From positions 214,029 through 278,028 of the forward strand of contig OZ244902.1 in the NCBI GenBank assembly GCA_965221635.1: a DNA stretch of 64,000 bases, written 5' to 3'. Positions 8,880 through 17,851 of the stretch are shown one piece after another. The first letter of the stretch is position 1, and each line of letters opens with the position of its first letter. A program made the position numbers and the translations under genes. Source of the stretch: Candidatus Aldehydirespiratoraceae bacterium. Its GTDB lineage: Bacteria > Actinomycetota > Acidimicrobiia > Acidimicrobiales > Aldehydirespiratoraceae. A model generated the notes under the pieces. The model saw nothing but the letters and a program-made list of their open reading frames with translations. It did no database searches and was not told the DNA's origin.

Positions 8880-10602
8880 GCGGTATGAACGACACGGGGT
8901 TGGAGTTGTCCGCGCAGGAGGTGTCGAGTGGACTGGACGGATCGGACACGAACTGCGATGTGATCCAATCCACGCAGTAGTCGTCGCTGGCCCAGATTCC
9001 GTGGCTGAGACCGTCACGCTCCACCACCGTGGAGTTCGACAACCCCCTCGCGGCTTGAAGTGCGTGACTGTGGGGCGTTATCGGATCGAAACGGCCCGAC
9101 AGCAGCAAAGTCGGCACCGCCGAGGACACCGGCTGAGCAGGCCCGGATGCCTCCAACCCCGCCGGCTCACAAACGTCGGCAAGGCTGTTTTCCGCCACTG
9201 AAGCCACAAAGGGCTCCATCCCAACGGTCAGGGGCGCAGGTGAAGGCACACGTTCGGAGCACTGCACCGCAAGGTAAGTGGCCTCCTGGGTGCTTTCGGT
9301 CACCAACACCAGCAAGTTCACCGCAAGGCCGGCGACGGCCGTGACGATGGTCTCCTCATCCTCAACGAGGCCCGCCAGCAGCCATGGCAGCAACGGGATC
9401 GCAGTCTCGTCGTAGAGAAGGTTGAACATCAGCCATGCCAGCAGGTCACCGTCGAGGGTCACAGTCAAGGCCTCTTCGAGCATGGTGTCGGCCGCATTCA
9501 GCGGCACCCGTCTCGGAGAGTCGTTCAACTCTCTCACCTGTTCGTTCATCGTGGCGGCCAAGTCGTCGTGGATCGACGCGCATATCAGGCTGTCGGCACA
9601 TGCCTCGGAGATCTCTTCCAAGCCGCGCCGGGCGGTGGCCCCCACCGATGCCACGAAGTTCAATTCGCGTGGCACCACGCCGTCGAGCACCACCCCCTCG
9701 AGGCCTGAAGGCGCCACTCGGAGCACCTCCAGGGCCACGCTGGTGCCGTAGCTCACCCCGTACAGCAGCCAACTGTCGTGACCGAGGGCCTCCATCACGG
9801 TGATCACGTCGTGGGCGTGGGCCACGGTGCTGGTGTGTGCGAACAACGGGTGATCTTTCATGCGGTCCGCGCAGTCGGTGAAGGCACCAAGTTCGATTGC
9901 CTCGGCTTGGCGGCGGAAGGCGGTTAGGGACGCGACAATCACTTCGTCGATTTCGAAGCAGTCGAAGTCGGCGGAGCCGAAGCCGGTGCCTCGCTGGTCG
10001 ATGAACACCTGCGGGTGGGGCTGCGCCGGGTAGTAGTCCACCATTTCCGTGCTGGCGCCGCCCGGCCCGCCCTGAAGCATGGCCATCGGCAGCCCTGAGG
10101 TGTCCTGCTCGTCGCCGGGCCAGACGGCGGCGCTTATCTCGGTGGTTCCCAGCGCCGGGTCTTGGGGATCCACCTGCACCGTCACCAGCACGCATTGGAT
10201 CTCGGTGTTGGTGAGCAGCTCCGGGCAGTCCACCCACCGCAACGACCCGGTGCCATCCGCGGCGCCTGTGGCCGCGGTGGCGTCAGCCGGGGTGGTGCCG
10301 TGGCGAGCGTCTTCTCCCCCGCCGGCCTCTGATTCGCTTGACCGCGGCTGTTGGTCTTGCTCGGCGCCGGTGCCGTCATCGAGGTCGTTCCAGGCGGCGT
10401 CGGCGACCGAACTCTGCTCGGCGGCTTGCGGTGCGTCGTCGTCGTGGTCTTGCGAACCGAACAGTTCCGCCATGTCCACGACCGGGGCGTCGCCCGCATC
10501 GGACTCCGTGGCGCACCCGCCCGAGATCAACGCAACCGCCACCACCGCCGCGAGGGAGATCCACGTGTAGCCGTGTCGATGCCCGAGGCGCCTGCCCATC
10601 AT
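8875..10602 (-). CDS. secreted alpha/beta hydrolase lipoprotein (TAP-like / tripeptidyl aminopeptidase-like)
   Basis: The start MMGRRLGHRHGYTWISLAAVVAVALISGGC carries a lipobox. The body is an alpha/beta hydrolase (LLYGVSYGT nucleophile elbow). The track start at 11013 runs through the neighbouring gene and is rejected. Confidence 0.75.
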   Translation of the reverse strand: MMGRRLGHRHGYTWISLAAVVAVALISGGCATESDAGDAPVVDMAELFGSQDHDDDAPQAAEQSSVADAAWNDLDDGTGAEQDQQPRSSESEAGGGEDARHGTTPADATAATGAADGTGSLRWVDCPELLTNTEIQCVLVTVQVDPQDPALGTTEISAAVWPGDEQDTSGLPMAMLQGGPGGASTEMVDYYPAQPHPQVFIDQRGTGFGSADFDCFEIDEVIVASLTAFRRQAEAIELGAFTDCADRMKDHPLFAHTSTVAHAHDVITVMEALGHDSWLLYGVSYGTSVALEVLRVAPSGLEGVVLDGVVPRELNFVASVGATARRGLEEISEACADSLICASIHDDLAATMNEQVRELNDSPRRVPLNAADTMLEEALTVTLDGDLLAWLMFNLLYDETAIPLLPWLLAGLVEDEETIVTAVAGLAVNLLVLVTESTQEATYLAVQCSERVPSPAPLTVGMEPFVASVAENSLADVCEPAGLEASGPAQPVSSAVPTLLLSGRFDPITPHSHALQAARGLSNSTVVERDGLSHGIWASDDYCVDWITSQFVSDPSSPLDTSCADNSNPVSFIPP

Positions 10603-10789
10603 GTTCAGCGGCCCTCGACCACGGCGGGGACGCGCACGCTCCGGCACCAAGTGTTGAACACGGCGACCAACATCACTGCGAGCCGCCAATGAACCGCAAC
10701 ACAGCGAACTGCACCCCAATGACCTGCACCACTGCCAAGTGTGCCAGACCCGTGCGGGCGCCCGCGGTGCAAACCGGTGTGCGGGTCGG

Positions 10790-11596
10790 CTACCAAAGCT
10801 GATCGGTGTAGGTGTCGGTGCCCACCACGGTGGGCAAGAACGGCGCTGCAAACACCACACGACCCGCGCCTGACTGCTCCAGGTTGTTCGCATAGTCAAC
10901 AAACAGCGGCCATGCGCCTGCGGGGTCGGCGTCGCAGAAGAACATCTGCACCTGACGGTGCGCAGGCCCGGCCGGGGTGCCCAGATCCATGGGCGCTTGT
11001 TCGGTGGATCCACCGGAGGGGTCGATGTAGCGCCACGACACCATCGACGCCACCGGCGAGCCCTCGCCGTCGCTCATCAGCGCGGGCAGGGCATCCGATC
11101 GCAGGTGGGTGTTGAGGGCGTCCACGTCACCGTCGGCGGGGTCCACGGCGATCACCACCAGTCCCTGGTAGTGATGGTCGAGAGCGAGCTCCACCGGCAC
11201 CGGGTCTTCGTCTCGGTAATGGAACCAGGGCTCGTTCAACAGCACGGTGTGGGCGTGGACGCGCTCGTTGAAGCCGCGCCCGTTCTTGTACAGGTCGATC
11301 ACCTGCTTGATCGCCCACGCGAAATGCTCGTCGTGGTGTCCTTCGTGAACCCAGTAGATCGCCAGGTACGACCCTGCGTCCACCGGCACCGCCACAGGCG
11401 AGTCCGCCGGGAAGCGCAAATCCTTGAGGGCTCGTGTGGCCACCCAGCGGCGCCCCGCGAACAGCCACGGCCCCACCAGGCACCCCGCGTAGAAGTGATC
11501 CCGCTCGTACCAGCGGTTGTAGGCAACCTCGTGGCCCTTCTTCGGGTCCACCATGGTGAACAGGCAGCTTCCTACGTGAATGGGATGGGTGTTCAT
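10790..11596 (-). CDS. conserved hypothetical protein
   Basis: 268-aa ORF with a strong GAGGAG RBS before the ATG and protein-like composition (WYERDHFYAGCLVGPW...). I do not recognise a family with any confidence. Confidence 0.6.
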   Translation of the reverse strand: MNTHPIHVGSCLFTMVDPKKGHEVAYNRWYERDHFYAGCLVGPWLFAGRRWVATRALKDLRFPADSPVAVPVDAGSYLAIYWVHEGHHDEHFAWAIKQVIDLYKNGRGFNERVHAHTVLLNEPWFHYRDEDPVPVELALDHHYQGLVVIAVDPADGDVDALNTHLRSDALPALMSDGEGSPVASMVSWRYIDPSGGSTEQAPMDLGTPAGPAHRQVQMFFCDADPAGAWPLFVDYANNLEQSGAGRVVFAAPFLPTVVGTDTYTDQLW

Positions 11597-11623
11597 GGTC
11601 GCTCCTCAACCGATGGGTGGTTG

Positions 11624-11721
11624 TCCGGGAATCGTCGTCGGGCAATCGCCGTGGCGCAATCGTGATCCGGGAATCGCCATCCGGGAATGGTGATCCGGCA
11701 ATCATTGCCCGCAACGAATGC
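11624..11721. repeat. 14-bp tandem repeat, 7 units (consensus TCCGGGAATCGnnn), in the divergent ino1 promoter spacer
   Basis: tccgggaatcgtcg / tcgggcaatcgccg / tggcgcaatcgtga / tccgggaatcgcca / tccgggaatggtga / tccggcaatcattg / cccgcaacgaatgc. Confidence 0.8.
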
Positions 11722-11734
11722 TTAGCCTCAAGCT

Positions 11735-13117
<1,383 letters not shown>

Positions 13118-13202
13118 CCACCCCCAAGCCCACCGCCGGGTGCCAAGAACGGCGATCCGTCACCAAGCCCGCAGCCACAGCAGTAGGCACCCAAAGCGTC
13201 GA

Positions 13203-15029
13203 TCAAATCTCAACCGACCCCGACTCACCACGCATCCGCCGGACACCAAGGATCGCCAATCCAGCAACGAGCAGCACACCAACCAACACCGCCACCACCA
13301 ACAGCGCGTCTGAGCCTCCGGCACTGCCTTGTCCCTCCGTCTGGGCCATTGCTGCTTGCTCGCCCTCACTCGAGATCTCGGCATCTCGATCTGACGCGAT
13401 CTTGTTGCCTACGGCATTCGAGGCAACTGCACCCTCCGATGGGGCAGGCGCATCCTCGACACCTGTGCCCGGAGACAATCCCGCACTCGTGGTCACCGGG
13501 GTTTCGGCGTCGTCCGCAGATCTCGCCTCACCGTCCTGAGTGTCACTGGCGTCAGCCCCGCCTGTGTCCGCCTCGACTCGCTCACCTGCTTCTCCGCCAT
13601 CCGAGTCCTCAACCACGAAGGGTGGCCCGGATGTTGTGGGAGTCGCCGCTTGGTCCGATGACTGCGCTCCACCCCCATCGTCGTTGGCGTCCTCGATGGA
13701 GGGAGTCGCAGGCAAGGCATCCACGGTCTCATCGGCCACCGGTCGTGTAGCTTGATCAGGCTCCTGCGGCGATTCCACAGGCAGAATCAGGATATCCGGG
13801 GCCGGCCGATCCTCCAGACGCCGATCAGTATCGCGATGGCGGATCCGGCCAACCGCGTCAACCGGAATCCCCAACAGTGGCAGCACTTCCGGCAGGGCTG
13901 CACGCGCAACCTCCGGATCCAACGCGGAAACGCTGATCGTCTCACGAATGTCCTGTGGCCGGTCTGGAGTCACACCATTCGTGCTCAATCCAGCATAGAC
14001 TATTCCCATCGTGTTCGCTTGCGAGTATCTGAACCGGTCAAGAATCACAGCCCAGCGCCACAACTGCCCTATGCCGTACTTTACCTCAACATACTCGAAG
14101 TCCAGCTCACCCGACTCGTAAACTTCTCGAGCAGCCTGGCCCACAACGCTCAATTCGAAGTCTAGTAGTTCTGATTCGCTGGGAAATGGTGGTGTGAGTT
14201 GCACATATCTCACGTTCCGCTCACCCGGTATCCAACCGTACGGACCGTGAATACCCACAAACCCCAAATGGCCATAATTTTCCCAAACTCCACAATAGCC
14301 GGTACCAACTACATACTCATATGATGTGCAGTCTTCATCTGACAGACCAGAAACCATGTCCACATCAGAAAAATCAAACACTTCACCTGCAATGTCAGCT
14401 CTGGCATCAATTGGGCCAACTTGTGATATGGGCCACAGCTGCATCCACGACCCCCAACCAGGAACCCGCTTACGACCATCCATGCCTCCTGCAACTATTA
14501 CCACATCATCATGAGTGCTAGTAGTCCCAGAGAACAAGCTGGCACCGTGACGCGCACTTAAATACAATTGGCCGGTTCCGAACAGGTCATTCACACAGGA
14601 AGCCACATCCGCGAAGCCACGACACTCAGAATTCAGACCGTACGCCCTGATTCCCTCAGGCGTCATCATGAACTCCAAACGCTTCTCGCTCAGCAATTGT
14701 AACAGCGCGTCATCAACAGGCTCAGACTGAGCCAACATCACATACAACGGCCCACTCGGTGCCAAGAAGACCGCCTCCACCTGCAATTGCCCGTCCGCCT
14801 GCGCCTGCTCCAACACGAAACAAGCCTCAGGCTCCCCCGACAACGCGCCACCCCAACACTGACCCCCGGACACGCCACTCGAGTCACCAGCCTCAGCAGT
14901 AGACACCCCCACCTCCACAGCGGCCCCAACGCCACATGCCACAGCGAGCCACCCCACAAGCACCACGCCCACCGCCACCCGCAAGCGCCTCCCGCGGCTC
15001 GCGCGCCGCTGACCCGTCACACCGATCAT
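13203..15029 (-). CDS. secreted and anchored protein of unknown function (lipobox-type signal, acidic linker, C-terminal TM anchor)
   Basis: N-terminus VGWLAVACG; central Cys/Trp/Tyr-rich domain; D/E/T/S-rich tail; terminal GGSDALLVVAVLVGVLLVAGLAILGVRRMRG. The central part has markedly lower GC. Confidence 0.6.
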   Translation of the reverse strand: MIGVTGQRRASRGRRLRVAVGVVLVGWLAVACGVGAAVEVGVSTAEAGDSSGVSGGQCWGGALSGEPEACFVLEQAQADGQLQVEAVFLAPSGPLYVMLAQSEPVDDALLQLLSEKRLEFMMTPEGIRAYGLNSECRGFADVASCVNDLFGTGQLYLSARHGASLFSGTTSTHDDVVIVAGGMDGRKRVPGWGSWMQLWPISQVGPIDARADIAGEVFDFSDVDMVSGLSDEDCTSYEYVVGTGYCGVWENYGHLGFVGIHGPYGWIPGERNVRYVQLTPPFPSESELLDFELSVVGQAAREVYESGELDFEYVEVKYGIGQLWRWAVILDRFRYSQANTMGIVYAGLSTNGVTPDRPQDIRETISVSALDPEVARAALPEVLPLLGIPVDAVGRIRHRDTDRRLEDRPAPDILILPVESPQEPDQATRPVADETVDALPATPSIEDANDDGGGAQSSDQAATPTTSGPPFVVEDSDGGEAGERVEADTGGADASDTQDGEARSADDAETPVTTSAGLSPGTGVEDAPAPSEGAVASNAVGNKIASDRDAEISSEGEQAAMAQTEGQGSAGGSDALLVVAVLVGVLLVAGLAILGVRRMRGESGSVEI

Positions 15030-15390
15030 CCCAGCCCCGCAGTCCCCGAGCGCTCGTCTGTGTTCATCAACCTGGTGCTCACGCCAAGCCTCCTACCTGC
15101 ATCCGTCACTTCACCCTAGGACGCACCACCACCCCCGAAAGTTCCGTGCACTCGGACACCAGCCACCGTGAGTGCTCCCGGGACCTCAAGGAACACCTGC
15201 AGGGTCCACCGTGCTCAGGCATGTCAACATCCTCTCAAGACTCAACGCCTATGCAGGCGACGACCAGGGTGACACCCGTCGCACCACTGTGAAATGGGTG
15301 GGCGGCGGCGCCTTGGGGTTGGATGGTGGTGTCTGCTGGAGGGGGGTTCGGTTGGTGGACGCGGGTGGGCGTGGCGTTGGTTGGACGGGG

Positions 15391-16776
15391 TTAGGGGGTT
15401 TCGGTGTCTAGGGTGGCTCTGGCTTGGATTATGGCTTGACGTAGGCGGCTCACTATTTCGTCCACGTGGTTGTGGGTGATCACCAGCGGGGGGGACATCA
15501 CGTTGAGGTTGTCTATGGGTCGCACTATGAGGCCGAGGGCGTCGGCTTCGTTGGACACTCGCTTGCCGACGCCCAGGTGGTCGGGGTAGTTGCGCTTGGT
15601 GGCTCGGTCGGCCACGAACTCCACGCAGCCCATCAGGTGCGAGCCGCGCACGTCGCCCACCATTGGCAGGTCGCCAAGGGTGCGGAGCTGCTCCATGAAA
15701 TACGGGCCCACCCGTTTCACGTGATCGAGCAGGCCTTCACGTTCCATGATCTCGATGTTCTTGAGCGCCGCGGCGCACGACACCGGGTGACCCGAGTAGG
15801 TGAATCCCACACCGAAGTAGCGCCCGTGGCCCTGCTCGGAGATCACGTCGAAGATCTCGTCGCTGAAGATCGTGGCGCCGAGGGGCACATACCCCGAGGT
15901 GAGGCCCTTGGCGCAGGTGATGATGTCGGGCCGGATTCCGAACATCGACTCGGACACGAACCACTCGCCGAGGCGCCCGAACGCGGTGACCACCTCGTCG
16001 GACACGAACAGGATCTCGTTGTCCTTGCAGTAACGCCACAAGCGCTGCAGGTAATCCGCGGGTGGTGGTATCACCCCGCCGGCGCCCATCACCGGCTCCG
16101 CGAACAGCGCCGCCACCACCTGGGGCCCGCCGAGACGCTCAACGGTGGATTCGAGTTCGGCTACGAGATCATCCGCGAATTGCTGCTCGGAGCGTCCGTC
16201 GCCGTAGCGGTACAGGTTGGGCGAACTGAGATGGTGGAACGTGTCGGTGAGGTAGGTGAACTCGGGCTGCCGATCGGCGGGCTTGCCGCCCAGCGAGATC
16301 GAGGCCAGCGTGGTTCCGTGATAGGAGTCCACCCGGCTCAGCACATGGCGCCGCTCGGGTTGGCCACGCACCGCCCAGTAGTACTGAATGAGACGCAACG
16401 CCGCGTCGTTGGCGGTGGAACCGCCACTGCTGAAGAACACCCGGTTCAGCGACCCCGGCGCCAACTCGGCCAGGCGCTCGGCCAGCTCAACCGCCCGAAG
16501 GTTGGTCATGTCGGTGAACGGGTTGGCGTACGCCAGCTCCCGAATCTGGGAGGCCACGGCGTCGGCCATCTCGTGACGGCCCAAACCGATGTTGGTACAC
16601 CACATGCCGCCCACGGCATCGAGGTACTCGTTGCCGTCGCTGTCCACCAGCATGGCGCCGGCCCCGGAAGCCACCGGCAGCACCGGGTCGGTGAGGTACG
16701 TGTCGAAAATCTGGTAGGGGTGCAGCACGTGGCGCTGATCGGCGGCCACGATGCGAGCGGTGTCAGTGGAGGTCAT
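15391..16776 (-). CDS. class III (omega-type) pyridoxal-phosphate aminotransferase
   Basis: DAVGGMWCTNIGLGRHEM and FVSDEVVTAFGRLGEWF blocks. Start taken at MTSTDTARIV (16776) rather than the track start at 16839. Confidence 0.85.
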   Translation of the reverse strand: MTSTDTARIVAADQRHVLHPYQIFDTYLTDPVLPVASGAGAMLVDSDGNEYLDAVGGMWCTNIGLGRHEMADAVASQIRELAYANPFTDMTNLRAVELAERLAELAPGSLNRVFFSSGGSTANDAALRLIQYYWAVRGQPERRHVLSRVDSYHGTTLASISLGGKPADRQPEFTYLTDTFHHLSSPNLYRYGDGRSEQQFADDLVAELESTVERLGGPQVVAALFAEPVMGAGGVIPPPADYLQRLWRYCKDNEILFVSDEVVTAFGRLGEWFVSESMFGIRPDIITCAKGLTSGYVPLGATIFSDEIFDVISEQGHGRYFGVGFTYSGHPVSCAAALKNIEIMEREGLLDHVKRVGPYFMEQLRTLGDLPMVGDVRGSHLMGCVEFVADRATKRNYPDHLGVGKRVSNEADALGLIVRPIDNLNVMSPPLVITHNHVDEIVSRLRQAIIQARATLDTETP

Positions 16777-17119
16777 CGGGTTCTCCCTTCGATGGCGCTT
16801 CGCCCGGCGGGGCAAGGGCCGAAAATACCCGCCCGGCACCCCAAAGCCGCGAAGCTCCGCGTGCGGAGGCCAACATTCGGGTGCGCTCCGGGAACCATCC
16901 CGGGCCGAGCGGCGTCCAAAACCAGGTTTCGTGTCGTGGGGTCACGTCGTGTGCTTGCAGGCGGAAACCAACGCCACCGGAGGTGCGTCCAAGCTGAACA
17001 GCCGTCCACAACCGACTCCCTTACCAAGGACTCACCCGATGAAACACCAGACTCGCCTGACGAACCGGCGGCCCCACCCCACGAACCGGCTGACTCGCCC
17101 GACCAAGGAGCCAAACCCC

Positions 17120-17581
17120 ATGCCCCCGATCCACACATCTTCCCGGCAACCCACCGCACCTGTCCGGAAGCCCACCCTGAAGCTGCGAAGGGCCATCACC
17201 TTGGCGGCTTTGTGCGCCGTGGCCTTGACATCCTGCGGCGGCGCCTCTCTGCGCGGCTCAGCAGGCGGGGGCAATCCGGACGACTCGGACACCACCACCA
17301 CAGCGCCGGAGGTGGGGCCCACCCTTGGCCTCACCCGGATCTGGATCGGCCCCGACAGGAGCGAATGCATGGGCATGGTGCCACGAAGCTGCTTCGAGGT
17401 GTCCGAATCCCCCGACGGCGCCAACCCGTACTTCTTGTTCGACTACGAGATCGAGGGCTTCACCCACGTGGAGGGAACCAGTTACGTGCTGGATGTGAGG
17501 ATCTCCGAAGTGGACCCTCCACCCATGGACGCCTCGTCGCTGCGGTTCAAGTTGGTGAGGATCGTGGAGTCCTCCCCATAG
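17120..17581 (+). CDS. DUF4377-like lipoprotein
   Basis: AAGGAG RBS 9 nt before the ATG at 17120. Lipobox ALTSCGG. C-terminal block CMGMVPRSCFEV...YFLFDYEIEGFTHVEGTSYVLDV. The upstream part of track ORF 16751.. is P/R-rich and non-protein-like. Confidence 0.65.
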   Translation: MPPIHTSSRQPTAPVRKPTLKLRRAITLAALCAVALTSCGGASLRGSAGGGNPDDSDTTTTAPEVGPTLGLTRIWIGPDRSECMGMVPRSCFEVSESPDGANPYFLFDYEIEGFTHVEGTSYVLDVRISEVDPPPMDASSLRFKLVRIVESSP

Positions 17582-17608
17582 TCGAGTACCCGTCCGTGGT
17601 GGGGTTGG

Positions 17609-17851
17609 CTATTGCGGGCCGGTGAACACTCCGTGCTTCTTGCAGCGTGACGACCAGCCCGCCGGTGACACTCGGGTGGCGAGCCATTGGCCGCACAACG
17701 GGCAGTAGCGGGGAGGGTCGAGTTCGGGCAGGCACCCTGGGCATTGACGACGCCCGCAGCCGCCGCAGTACACGCCGGGGGTGACAGGGTCGGGTGGCCG
17801 GCTCACATCAGCGCCCTGGTTGGGCCGGGGGGTCGGTTTCGAGCACTCCAC
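17609..17851 (-). CDS. small Cys-rich zinc-ribbon protein, possibly BsaP-like (biotin synthase auxiliary protein family)
   Basis: YCGGCGRRQCPGC...PPRYCPLCGQWLATRVSPAGWSSRCKKHG has two CxxC pairs. The family assignment is from memory only. The real start is probably internal, because the track ORF overlaps the upstream gene end by 44 nt. Confidence 0.4.
   Translation of the reverse strand: MECSKPTPRPNQGADVSRPPDPVTPGVYCGGCGRRQCPGCLPELDPPRYCPLCGQWLATRVSPAGWSSRCKKHGVFTGPQ

Noticed and set aside
10602-11013. N-terminal extension of the hydrolase ORF (the track gives 712 aa starting at 11013).
   Set aside because: The extension overlaps the well-formed gene at 10790..11596 and is Cys/Arg/Trp-rich junk. 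A Met-Met start with a lipoprotein signal at 10602 fits much better.
15290-15400. A G-quadruplex-forming element in the G-rich plus strand (gggtgggcggcgg...ggggttgg...).
   Set aside because: The G-runs are mostly 2-3 nt long with irregular loops. The region is better explained as copies of the GGTTGGACGG repeat family.
15466-17625. Very long plus-strand ORF (719 aa) and similar giants. Examples: 53668..56028 +, 7954..9201 +, 27762..29435 +, 42481..43932 +, 43960..45234 +, 44522..46003 +, 60947..62425 +, 30089..31147 -.
   Set aside because: All lie antisense to, or out of frame with, genes that have clear family motifs. Their products are Arg/Gly/His/Pro-rich with no motifs. These are the classic stop-poor shadow ORFs of high-GC DNA.
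17756-17765. An apparent one-base discrepancy between my manual reading of the raw sequence and the track translation (CGGCGRR) and coordinates near here.
   Set aside because: Coordinates agree again in neighbouring lines, and the track translation is self-consistent. I attribute this to my own reading error, not to a real frameshift. It is a reminder that hand-derived coordinates may be off by a base.
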